From contig NZ_SNUY01000022.1 in NCBI RefSeq assembly GCF_004376175.1, positions 1 through 32,000 on the forward strand: a stretch of 32,000 nt of DNA, given 5' to 3'. Source of the stretch: Halalkalibacterium halodurans. Its GTDB lineage: Bacteria; Bacillota; Bacilli; Bacillales; Bacillaceae_D. The position numbers and the translations under genes are program-made. Below, piece by piece: positions 7,986-15,947 of the stretch; the stretch's first letter is position 1; every line of letters starts with the position of its first letter. The notes below the pieces were generated by a model. That model did no database searches. It saw only the letters and a list, made by a program, of their open reading frames with translations, and was not told the DNA's origin.

Positions 7986-8675
7986 ATGGGCAAAGACTTA
8001 CACAAATTGTGTATTCGAGTGCCAAAAGTGTTTGACTGGGTTGCACGTCAAGTGGATTTACCGCTCATTAGCTTTGATAATGAAGAACTTGACGCACTCT
8101 TTTGTTTCGATGATACAACAACTCCAGCCGAAACATTAGCCGATTTCTTGGAAAACTTTCCTGGATTTACTGTTCAAGCAGTCCTTCAAGATCAGACGGT
8201 CATTTGCCAAGAAATTCAACAAACAAATGGACGTCAAGAACTTTCAGTGACCATGCCAGATGGTGACACGGTTGATTTAGAGAAAGTAAAAGTTCTTCTA
8301 AAAGGGCTGCTAGTTGTCAACATCTTTGATGCGAATGGAAATCTTCTTCTTACATCTGATCCAATTCCATTTGCCACAGCGCAAACGTTCTTCCTTTGCG
8401 CCCCGGAAGGTACAGATGTCTTCTGTCATATGACATACTTCCAAGCCGATGCTGAAATCATCCTTACAGATGACTTTGAACAGCTCGACATCTCCATCGT
8501 CCTTTGCTTAGATGTGCAAATGGAAGCATTAGTAAAACTTGAAGTGGAAGGTGCATACTGCAAGCCACGTCCAGAATTGCCAATTACAGATCTCGTATGT
8601 CCAGAAGATCGTTTCCCACCACAATGTCCTGAAATTTTCCCAGGTAAACACGGTAAGCATTGCATTCCGAAATAA
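7986..8675 (+). CDS. Hypothetical cysteine-bearing protein, putative spore-surface component
   Basis: RBS TAGGAGG precedes the ATG. 229 aa with N-terminal CIRVPKVFDWV and a C-terminal Cys/Pro cluster, CKPRPELPITDLVCPEDRFPPQCPEIFPGKHGKHC. I cannot name a family with confidence. Confidence 0.7.
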   Translation: MGKDLHKLCIRVPKVFDWVARQVDLPLISFDNEELDALFCFDDTTTPAETLADFLENFPGFTVQAVLQDQTVICQEIQQTNGRQELSVTMPDGDTVDLEKVKVLLKGLLVVNIFDANGNLLLTSDPIPFATAQTFFLCAPEGTDVFCHMTYFQADAEIILTDDFEQLDISIVLCLDVQMEALVKLEVEGAYCKPRPELPITDLVCPEDRFPPQCPEIFPGKHGKHCIPK

Positions 8676-8680
8676 GTGGA

Positions 8681-8714
8681 AAGCAGGGTGGCCCGACCGC
8701 TCTGCTTTTTTTTT
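8681..8714 (+). terminator. Imperfect-stem terminator or attenuator after the 229-aa gene
   Basis: AAGCAGGGTGG...CCGCTCTGCTT followed by T8. Confidence 0.55.
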
Positions 8715-8831
8715 AAACTCTGAGGGAATTTATTCACATTTTTTAACAATTCCGTTTCTACATGAGGGTTCATCGTTTCATGAATTCCTTCATACATATG
8801 ATAAAGACGTTCCATGGATTAGCGAAAGGAG

Positions 8832-9584
8832 TTGACCTGCTTGAGCCGTCAAGATGTGAAACGAACACCCGATCAATTAATTCAGGTTAAACAAAAGCTA
8901 TTATACTATCAATCTGAATTTAAGAGGATCAATCGAGTAAATGAACAGCAAGCAGAAAAGTTAGTTGAACAAAAACAAACGATTGCTTCTCTCCTAGAAA
9001 AAGTCCAACAGCTGCAAGAGGTGAATGAAGCTGCTTCGGCAAACGAACCATCTCTTACAGATCGTAAGCCAAGCCCACCTGCCCAGTTAAACGCTCCTGA
9101 TCAAACAGCCGTTGACGCTTTTTTCAACTACACGATGATCTTACCTAACATGAAAAGTGTAGATGAACAGGTAATTATTAAAGGAAACTTTCTGATCCAT
9201 AACCGACGGCGAGAGCCGTTAAAGTCCCCAGTGATCTGTCTTGCTTTTAATAAACCTGGAATCGCCAGTTTGTCTGGTAAACTTGTTTTATCTAGCCAAA
9301 GACAACTAGATGAGGTGATCATTGATGATGAACGCCTTGAAGAGCAATGGGGATATGCACAAAAGGATGGGTATAAGCACGTAAGACGAACGGGTGAACA
9401 TTGGCTCAAACCGCTTCACACGAACAAAATTGGAGCCAATGACACACTTAGCTTTTCTCAATTTGAAGTGGCGATCCCTTTAGAAAAAGAGGCAACACTG
9501 GTAATCCTTGATGGATTTGTTTATGGGGAAGGGCTGGAAGAAGGAATGGCTGCGAAAAATAAAGTGATGATTCAGGTGCCGTAA
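8832..9584 (+). CDS. Hypothetical protein with an N-terminal coiled coil and a C-terminal globular domain
   Basis: AAAGGAG (8825-8831) abuts the TTG at 8832, so the in-frame TTG at 8841 (9-nt spacing) is the likelier start. The stop lies 1 nt before the next ATG. Confidence 0.7.
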   Translation: MTCLSRQDVKRTPDQLIQVKQKLLYYQSEFKRINRVNEQQAEKLVEQKQTIASLLEKVQQLQEVNEAASANEPSLTDRKPSPPAQLNAPDQTAVDAFFNYTMILPNMKSVDEQVIIKGNFLIHNRRREPLKSPVICLAFNKPGIASLSGKLVLSSQRQLDEVIIDDERLEEQWGYAQKDGYKHVRRTGEHWLKPLHTNKIGANDTLSFSQFEVAIPLEKEATLVILDGFVYGEGLEEGMAAKNKVMIQVP

Positions 9585-9585
9585 C

Positions 9586-10533
9586 ATGCTAAAGCTGCTA
9601 TATGTTCCTTCAGGCTACAGTCGGGTTTACTCTTATCTTGACCAGTCTATTTACGAGGCATTTTGTGCAAACTCACAACTAGAAGTTCAACGCTTCCACC
9701 ATCTCCCTAGCCTGATGGAGCTCCAACAAATGTGTCAAACGTTTAAGCCGTCGTTCATTTTTACCCTACTTGGGTATAAATGGACGACACCTTTGTGGAC
9801 ATGGTGCAAGCGAAAAGGGCTCCCCGTTGTGACTTGGTTTACAGAAGACCCTTATATGATCGACCGATCTCTTGAAGTTCTCCCTTATACGGTCATGCCG
9901 TTGACAATTGACCAAAATGCACTTAGCTTTTATAAACAGCAAGGGCACTCCAACGCGTATTATCTTCCCCTCGGGACGAACGAAACGGTTTATAGACCAC
10001 TACCTTCAGCAAAAAAGGTGGATGTCATTTTGGTTGGACATCCCTATCCTGATCGAGTCGAAATGATTCGTTCCCTTGCCCTGTCAACCTCTTATCGTAT
10101 TCGCGTCGTTGGTCCATGGCCGGAGCTACCTGACCATGTTTCCGTCATAAACAGGTGGGTCCCACCAGATAGAGTCGCTTCTTATTATAATAGTAGTAAG
10201 CTTGTTTTAAATACCTACCGCCGTAAGGATGAAAAGGGCAATCACAATTCGCAACAAATCGAAAATGTTAGTGTTAACAATCGAACGTTTGAAATTGCAA
10301 GCTGCAATGTCATGCAGATTAGTGAATATAAACAAGATTTATACAACCACTTTTCAAAGGATTCGATCGTTTCCTTTCAATCGCTGGAGGAGCTTATCAA
10401 GCAAATTGATTACTATCTGCTCCATGATAAGAAGCGAGAAAAAAAAGCACAAAAAGCGTATGAAGAAGCGTTAACACGCCATACCTTTCACCAAAGGATC
10501 ACGACCATTATAAACAACCTAGCTCATATATAG
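9586..10533 (+). CDS. cgeB: CgeB-family spore-maturation glycosyltransferase-like protein
   Basis: 315 aa, against 317 aa for B. subtilis CgeB as remembered. The N-terminus MLKLLYVPSGY...YLDQSIYEAF and the C-terminus IDYYLLHDKKREKKAQKAYEEALTRHTFHQRI are typical of the CgeB/DUF3880 glycosyltransferase family. Confidence 0.7.
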   Translation: MLKLLYVPSGYSRVYSYLDQSIYEAFCANSQLEVQRFHHLPSLMELQQMCQTFKPSFIFTLLGYKWTTPLWTWCKRKGLPVVTWFTEDPYMIDRSLEVLPYTVMPLTIDQNALSFYKQQGHSNAYYLPLGTNETVYRPLPSAKKVDVILVGHPYPDRVEMIRSLALSTSYRIRVVGPWPELPDHVSVINRWVPPDRVASYYNSSKLVLNTYRRKDEKGNHNSQQIENVSVNNRTFEIASCNVMQISEYKQDLYNHFSKDSIVSFQSLEELIKQIDYYLLHDKKREKKAQKAYEEALTRHTFHQRITTIINNLAHI

Positions 10534-10548
10534 CACAGGTCTTCGTAC

Positions 10549-10899
10549 TTACATTCCCATTCGTTGCACGATCGCCTCTAAAAAACTTGCAATCCCAGCA
10601 ATCGCTAAAAAAATAGTGAAAAAAGTAAAGGTGGTGGGCCATAGAAAAAAGCCCGTCAATAGAAAAGCGGCCATCCAAATTCCAGTACACCAATAGCAAG
10701 AGATGATCTTCCCGATAAATTTCCTCACTCCGCGTCCTTTTGGTTCAACCAATAAATACTCCTGCCCTTGCTCATCTTTCTTCTCATACGTGGTTAAGAA
10801 CAGGCCGCGGACCCATTCAAAAATCTCATCAAATACAATCAGATGGGTGAGGCGAAACGTCGCTAAAGACAAGATCACAAGCTCAAGTGCTGAGATCAA
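10549..10899 (-). CDS. yjcA: DUF1360 membrane protein (sporulation protein YjcA-like)
   Basis: TTG start with GGAGG 7 nt upstream. MISALELVILSLATFRLTHLIVFDEIFEWVR...CYWCTGIW has the DUF1360 pattern, and its position matches yjcA in B. subtilis. Confidence 0.75.
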   Translation of the reverse strand: MISALELVILSLATFRLTHLIVFDEIFEWVRGLFLTTYEKKDEQGQEYLLVEPKGRGVRKFIGKIISCYWCTGIWMAAFLLTGFFLWPTTFTFFTIFLAIAGIASFLEAIVQRMGM

Positions 10900-10977
10900 G
10901 ATTCATCCTCCTCTTTGCTTTTTCCCTATGTATACGCGTTCCGCTGCATGTTTCACGATCATTTTTTTCGTACAGAC

Positions 10978-11005
10978 ACACATTTTCTCTTGAGGCCATA
11001 GCCTA
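10978..11005 (+). promoter_or_regulatory. Sigma-K-type promoter match for the Pro/Trp-rich gene
   Basis: AC (10978-10979), 17-nt spacer, CATAGCCTA (10997-11005), 31 nt before ATG 11036. Confidence 0.35.
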
Positions 11006-11035
11006 AAAGTGGAAAGCTTTGAGAGGAGAATGTCT

Positions 11036-11458
11036 ATGTATCCATACACTCAGCAACCCTTTAATGCGTATCGACAGCAACCTATCGTTCAATACCTTCC
11101 CCCTGTTGTGATCGAACGCTACCTCAATCAGTGGGTCACGACGACGATTCCAGGCTATGGACGCGTGGTCGCATATGTGGCAGACTACAACCCTCGGACT
11201 GGCATGGTATCGTTACTTATCTACCCTCCACCAACGTACCGTCAGCAGTTCATTCAAGTTCACCATAGCAACCTTGTCGGAATTAGCCCGTACTTTGGTC
11301 CAACACCTCCTAGGCCACAGCCTCCTGGACCTCCTGGACCTCCTCGACCACCTTGGCCACCTAGACCTCGTCCTCCATGGTGGTGGTTCCCTTGGTTCCC
11401 ATGGGGCCAATCAGGTCAATGGGGTGGAGGCGGATTTGGCGGAACTATGGAAGACTAG
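11036..11458 (+). CDS. Pro/Trp/Gly-rich low-complexity-tailed protein, putative spore coat component
   Basis: The track start GTG 11009 has no RBS. AGGAG (11024-11028) sits 7 nt before ATG 11036. The tail reads PPRPQPPGPPGPPRPPWPPRPRPPWWWFPWFPWGQSGQWGGGGFGG. Confidence 0.65.
   Translation: MYPYTQQPFNAYRQQPIVQYLPPVVIERYLNQWVTTTIPGYGRVVAYVADYNPRTGMVSLLIYPPPTYRQQFIQVHHSNLVGISPYFGPTPPRPQPPGPPGPPRPPWPPRPRPPWWWFPWFPWGQSGQWGGGGFGGTMED
11321..11347 (+). repeat. Three tandem 9-bp units inside the Pro-rich coding region
   Basis: CCTCCTGGA, CCTCCTGGA, CCTCCTCGA, encoding PPG-PPG-PPR. Confidence 0.8.
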
Positions 11459-11466
11459 TTGCCGCA

Positions 11467-11499
11467 GAAAAAGGCTCCCAGTCATTTGGGAGCCTTTTA
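11467..11499. terminator. Bidirectional terminator between the Pro-rich gene and fabI
   Basis: AAAAGGCTCCCA - GTCATT - TGGGAGCCTTTT. Confidence 0.8.
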
Positions 11500-11509
11500 C
11501 CTTTGTTAT

Positions 11510-12292
11510 TTATGAAAGAGATAAAATGTTATATCCGCTGTCTACGTGTAAAATTTCCCCTGTGATTCCTCTTGAAAGGTCACTCATGAGGAACAATGCA
11601 GTATCCCCCACTTCTTCTTGCGTAGTTGTTCGGCGGAGTGGTGCACGCTCTTCGATTTCTCTTAAGACGTCATTGAAGCCGCCGATTCCTTTGGCCGCAA
11701 GGGTGCGGATCGGTCCAGCGGAAATAGCGTTTACGCGAATGTTTTCCTTGCCAAGATCGTTTGCTAAATACTTTACGCTTGCGTCAAGAGACGCCTTCGC
11801 TACGCCCATAACATTGTAATTACGGACAACTTTTTCACCGCCTAAATAAGTAAGTGTTACGATGCTTCCTCCTTCGTTCATGAGCGGACGGGCCGCTTTC
11901 GCCACAGCCGTCAAAGAGTATGCACTAATATTGTGAGCTAATAAAAAGCCATCGCGAGTCGTATTTAAATACTCCCCTTCTAACTCCTCTTTATTAGCAA
12001 AAGCGATGCAGTGAGCCAATCCATGAATTGTGCCAACTTGCTCCTTGATGCTCGCAAATGTTGCTTCAACGGCTTCATCACTTGTCACATCACACTCTAA
12101 TACGAGGTGATCATCACGCTCTAACGTTTCAACTAATCCTCTAACATTTTTCTCAAGTCGTTCTCCCGCATACGTAAAAATCAGCCTTGCTCCTGCATTG
12201 GCTAGGGACTGAGCAATTCCCCAAGCAATGCTACGCTTATTGGCGACGCCCATGACAACATATGTACGATCAACTAATGACAATTGAATCAA
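11510..12292 (-). CDS. fabI: Enoyl-ACP reductase (NADH) FabI
   Basis: Near-collinear with B. subtilis FabI (VVMGVANKRSIAWGIA...VNAISAGPIRTLAAKGI). The track start TTG 12307 lies inside the RBS GGAGGAG, so TTG 12292 (MIQLSLVDRTYVVMG) is the likely start. Confidence 0.93.
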   Translation of the reverse strand: MIQLSLVDRTYVVMGVANKRSIAWGIAQSLANAGARLIFTYAGERLEKNVRGLVETLERDDHLVLECDVTSDEAVEATFASIKEQVGTIHGLAHCIAFANKEELEGEYLNTTRDGFLLAHNISAYSLTAVAKAARPLMNEGGSIVTLTYLGGEKVVRNYNVMGVAKASLDASVKYLANDLGKENIRVNAISAGPIRTLAAKGIGGFNDVLREIEERAPLRRTTTQEEVGDTALFLMSDLSRGITGEILHVDSGYNILSLS

Positions 12293-12335
12293 TTTAGTCT
12301 CCTCCAATCGTGGATTTCAGAATTAATATTTGTTC

Positions 12336-12380
12336 TTAATACTTGGTCCTAATTATATCACGGTTCTCTATTCTTTTGAA
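12336..12380 (-). promoter_or_regulatory. fabI sigma-A promoter with an overlapping FapR-like operator
   Basis: The minus strand reads TTCAAA (12380-12375), 17-nt spacer, TATAAT (12357-12352), then immediately TTAGGACCAAGTATTAA (12352-12336). That inverted repeat resembles the FapR box half-site TTAGTAC as remembered. Confidence 0.5.
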
Positions 12381-12411
12381 GGGAGGTCCGTTCCATTCAA
12401 GTAAAACAGGG

Positions 12412-12437
12412 TAAAAGGATGCCTACAGAGACATCCT
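12412..12437 (-). terminator. Terminator after the antiporter gene
   Basis: On the minus strand the stem AGGATG/CATCCT is followed by TTTTACCCTGTTTT. Confidence 0.45.
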
Positions 12438-12451
12438 CTCAATCAAGTCTT

Positions 12452-14512
12452 TTAATCTTCATAGGAACGTGAAGACATCATGCGCGGGACGTCGGTTCCT
12501 CTACTCCCTCTTGAATCGGTTTTCTCCGTTTCAGGAGGATAAATCATAATAAAGCTTTCGGGGTTGGCCTTCGCCAATACGTTTGGTAACTGCTCCAATT
12601 GCGGATGCCATGCGAGCGTTCCTCTTCTCGCGCTTAAAACGACGACGAGATCATCTGCTCGCAACGTTAACATCCATTGTTTGTGCCACTCATTCCATGA
12701 GGAAATTCCAACAACCGTCGTGCTCACATCAGGCTTGATTTCCTTAATGGTTTTTTCGTATGGACGTGCATCATCCTTAACAACAACACATACGAGTGTA
12801 GCACCCACTTGGTTGGCAAGACGTTTGACCGTTCGCAAGCTTCGATAGTACCCTGTCTTATGGTCGACACCCGACGGGAGGACGAGGACAATCCGCTTCA
12901 TCGTATTTAACGGATGCCCTAATTTTGACACGAGTACCATCTCTTCTGTCCGTTCTAGCAATTGATCGAGAATCCCACCAAAAATAAGCTGCGGCGTCGA
13001 TCGCTTCCCATTCCACCCGATCACAAGCGTTGTAATTCTTGTTTCCTCAATAGCTCGGATAATTCCTGACGCAATATTTGGATCAAGTCGCGTCAGCATT
13101 TGGATCGGAACAGAGGCGCCAGCTGCGTATGTCACGGCATGGGCAAGCACCTTTTCCGCTTTCGCCACCTCCGATTCTGCATCGCCATTTGTTCCTTGGG
13201 CAACCGTTAGTGGGTAGAGGGGCTCTGATGATTGGCCACGAACAATAAATGCCAGATCAAGCAAGGATTCGACCGTTTTCGGATTGGCAATTGGAACCAT
13301 CACACGCTCAGGTGCTTCCGATGGATCAAATGGTTTTAGCTCTTCTTCTAATGCGAGCTTCCTCGCGTACTTCTCCACAACATATGGGCCGACCATACAC
13401 GTCACTAGAATCATCACAATGACCGCATTAACAACAGCCGAATCGAACAATCCTAAGTCAAAACCGACGAGTGTTGCTGCTAAAGTCGCCGCTGCTTGAG
13501 GCACGGACAAACCGAACATGAGTTTAATTTGGTCCATGGAATAGTTGTAGAGCTTACCACTAATAAACGCAGCAAGAAATTTCCCTAGTTGGACGAAGAT
13601 CACGACAAGCGCTGCTAAGAGCCAGGCGGAAGGGTCTCCAAGCAAGACCCTGATATCCATTAGCATCCCAACAGATAAAAGGAAGAACGGAATAAATAGC
13701 GCATTTCCGACGAACTTAATTCGGTTCATGAGGGGGCTATGTTCTAGGATGAACCGGTTCAATGCTAGACCGGCAAGGAACGCCCCTATGATCGGTTCAA
13801 GTCCTGCAAGCGTTGCCCCGTATGCCGTAACAAATAAGATCGACATGACGAAAATGAATTCTAATGCACCTTCACTGCTCATTGTCCGGAAGAACGACTT
13901 AGCCAAAATAGGAATAAGGATCAGCGTAATGGCCACATAAAGAACTAAGGAAACGGCTATCGTAAACCAAAAGGTTGAATTTAGTTCTCCTTGCATAGAA
14001 CCAGCGACAATGGCTAAAACCAAAAGGGCTAACGTATCGGTCATAATTGTGCCACCAACAGCCGTCGTGACCCCTCGATCTTTTGATATCCCTAGCCGGC
14101 TCGCAATCGGATACGCCAGCAGCGTATGGGAACCGAGAATAGAGGCAAGCAAAATCGCAGCCGGGGTAGAGAAGCCGAGAATGAACGTAAACACAAGGCC
14201 AAACAGAAATGGAATCGTGAAGGATAACGTACCGAAAAGAACACTTCGGTTACGGTATTTTTTAAAACCTTCGAGGTCAATTTCAAGTCCGGCGATGAAA
14301 ATGATGTAGAGTAAACCGACGGTTCCTAACAGCACAATCGTCGGGTCACGGTCAAGTAAGGCGAAGCCGTTCGGTCCGATCACAACACCTGCAAGGATTA
14401 ATCCGATAATTCCTGGGATTCGCAACCTAGACATCAACAACGGAGCAACGAAAAACACAACCATGGTAATCGCAAAAATTAGCACAGGATCTGTGATCGG
14501 ATGATCAATCAA
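12452..14512 (-). CDS. yjbQ: CPA2-family monovalent cation:proton antiporter with a C-terminal regulatory domain (YjbQ-like)
   Basis: 686 aa with a polytopic Na_H_exchanger-like N-terminal ~400 aa and a soluble C-terminal half. TTG start with GGAGG 8 nt upstream. Confidence 0.88.
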   Translation of the reverse strand: MIDHPITDPVLIFAITMVVFFVAPLLMSRLRIPGIIGLILAGVVIGPNGFALLDRDPTIVLLGTVGLLYIIFIAGLEIDLEGFKKYRNRSVLFGTLSFTIPFLFGLVFTFILGFSTPAAILLASILGSHTLLAYPIASRLGISKDRGVTTAVGGTIMTDTLALLVLAIVAGSMQGELNSTFWFTIAVSLVLYVAITLILIPILAKSFFRTMSSEGALEFIFVMSILFVTAYGATLAGLEPIIGAFLAGLALNRFILEHSPLMNRIKFVGNALFIPFFLLSVGMLMDIRVLLGDPSAWLLAALVVIFVQLGKFLAAFISGKLYNYSMDQIKLMFGLSVPQAAATLAATLVGFDLGLFDSAVVNAVIVMILVTCMVGPYVVEKYARKLALEEELKPFDPSEAPERVMVPIANPKTVESLLDLAFIVRGQSSEPLYPLTVAQGTNGDAESEVAKAEKVLAHAVTYAAGASVPIQMLTRLDPNIASGIIRAIEETRITTLVIGWNGKRSTPQLIFGGILDQLLERTEEMVLVSKLGHPLNTMKRIVLVLPSGVDHKTGYYRSLRTVKRLANQVGATLVCVVVKDDARPYEKTIKEIKPDVSTTVVGISSWNEWHKQWMLTLRADDLVVVLSARRGTLAWHPQLEQLPNVLAKANPESFIMIYPPETEKTDSRGSRGTDVPRMMSSRSYED

Positions 14513-14551
14513 AGGTTCATCCTCCTTTCCACTTTTGTTTAACTTTTTCCA

Positions 14552-14580
14552 ATCTTAAAGCCGACCAATCTCACTGTCAA
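14552..14580 (-). promoter_or_regulatory. Candidate sigma-A promoter for yjbQ
   Basis: On the minus strand: TTGACA (14580-14575), 17-nt spacer, TAAGAT (14557-14552). Confidence 0.45.
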
Positions 14581-14660
14581 CTCATTTGTAGAACACGAAT
14601 GTATTCAAGTATGCTTTACTTACTATTGATGTCATCATACCATTGTCGGGAGGAAAAGAC

Positions 14661-15401
14661 ATGCAATTCGATATTATTGGTGATGTACACGGTTGCTATG
14701 ATGAGCTTATGGAGCTAATTGATAAACTTGGCTATGAATATAAACGAGGCAGTTATGATCACCCTGATGGTCGTTTGTTAGCCTTTGTTGGTGATTTAAC
14801 CGATCGCGGGCCTCATTCTCTCGAAGTCATTCGGCTCGTAAGCCACATGGTGAAAAAAAAGACGGCCTATTATGTACCTGGAAACCATTGCAACAAGCTC
14901 TACCGTTACATGATCGGTCGAAAGGTTCAAGTAAAGCACGGCCTAGAAACAACGGTCGCTGAACTAAATGCTCTTTCTGAAGAAGAGAGAATCGAAGTCA
15001 TTGCTCAATTTAAGGAGTTGTATGAACAGGCGCCCCTCTATCATTCTTTCCCTGAGGACGAGCTTGTGATTACCCATGCAGGAATTCGCGAGGACGACAT
15101 AGGTTCTTACGGTAAGCGGGTGGAAACGTTTGTCCTATATGGCGATATTACTGGGGAAACCAACCCTGATGGTACACCGGTTCGTCGAGATTGGGCTGCA
15201 ACCTATCAGGGAGATTGGTGGATTGTTTACGGGCACACCCCTGTTCGAAGGCCTCGCATCATTCATCGAACAGTGAATATTGACACGGGCTGTGTCTTTG
15301 GTGGGGCGCTAACTGCTCTACGCTTCCCTGAAATTGAGTTTGTTTCGATCCCTTCTAGGCAGCCACTCGTTTCTGAAAAATTTCGTAACTTTCCGAGTTA
15401 A
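14661..15401 (+). CDS. prpE: Bis(5'-nucleosyl)-tetraphosphatase / protein phosphatase PrpE
   Basis: Metallophosphoesterase motifs [17 protein letters not shown] and GNHC. GGGAGG lies 7 nt before ATG 14661, giving [16 protein letters not shown] like B. subtilis PrpE. The track start 14643 is an over-extension. Confidence 0.88.
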   Translation: MQFDIIGDVHGCYDELMELIDKLGYEYKRGSYDHPDGRLLAFVGDLTDRGPHSLEVIRLVSHMVKKKTAYYVPGNHCNKLYRYMIGRKVQVKHGLETTVAELNALSEEERIEVIAQFKELYEQAPLYHSFPEDELVITHAGIREDDIGSYGKRVETFVLYGDITGETNPDGTPVRRDWAATYQGDWWIVYGHTPVRRPRIIHRTVNIDTGCVFGGALTALRFPEIEFVSIPSRQPLVSEKFRNFPS

Positions 15402-15454
15402 CCGTTGATCCGTCATGAGGAAATGTGGAAAAATAGCCATTAGGTGATGAATTT

Positions 15455-15895
15455 ATGAAACGTTTTGTTCAAGTCAGTCTAATAAGCCTCTTTATCGCTC
15501 TGTTCGCTGGGTGTCAAGCGGGGGAACCCGATATTATCGGAGACATAGAGGAAAGTTACATCAGCTGGAATGATGAGCGTGGGCAATTAACCATTTTTGC
15601 CCGCCTGTTAAATGAATCATCAGCCGATGCTAACAATTTAACCGCCCGCTTTGAATTTGATCATCCTCTCTTAAAGGAACAAATTTCTGAAGAGGGCTAT
15701 GTCGTATTCTCATCCAATGGAGAACCCATTCCTTTTTCCGTGTCCGGTGATGGAACTTACTTTCTTTCTGAGTCCTTCGATATTGACTGGGAAGCCCCGA
15801 TTGAAGAATTAGCTGGTGATGTGTCGGTTACGATTTTTGATCGATATGGAAACGAAATTGCTCACTTTACCATTGAACACGCGATTGAAGAGTAG
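15455..15895 (+). CDS. Lipoprotein of unknown function
   Basis: Signal peptide with lipobox LFAGC (MKRFVQVSLISLFIALFAGCQ) and RBS AGGTGAT. Confidence 0.75.
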   Translation: MKRFVQVSLISLFIALFAGCQAGEPDIIGDIEESYISWNDERGQLTIFARLLNESSADANNLTARFEFDHPLLKEQISEEGYVVFSSNGEPIPFSVSGDGTYFLSESFDIDWEAPIEELAGDVSVTIFDRYGNEIAHFTIEHAIEE

Positions 15896-15898
15896 CGG

Positions 15899-15942
15899 AA
15901 AAAAGATTGCAACGGATAAACAATCCGGTCGCAATCTTTTTT
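15899..15942. terminator. Bidirectional terminator between the lipoprotein gene and yjbO
   Basis: AAAAAAGATTGC...GCAATCTTTTTT with an inner stem CGGAT/ATCCG. Confidence 0.75.
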
Positions 15943-15947
15943 CATTA

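Noticed and set aside
8426-8835. ORFs 8426-8815 (minus strand) and 8539-8835 (plus strand).
   Set aside because: They overlap the 229-aa gene and cross its T8 terminator. They have no RBS, and the plus-strand one is out of frame.
11157-11819. 220-aa plus-strand ORF bridging the Pro-rich gene and fabI.
   Set aside because: It runs in an alternative frame of the Pro-rich gene, crosses the bidirectional terminator at 11467-11499, and continues antisense into the well-supported fabI.
12564-14309. Plus-strand ORFs 12564-12848, 13284-13499, 13728-13940 and 14010-14309, and the minus-strand frame-shifted ORF 14092-14286.
   Set aside because: All lie inside the 686-aa antiporter gene, either antisense or out of frame. 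None has an RBS, and their compositions are Ala/Ser/Thr/Arg-rich mirror images of membrane-protein coding.
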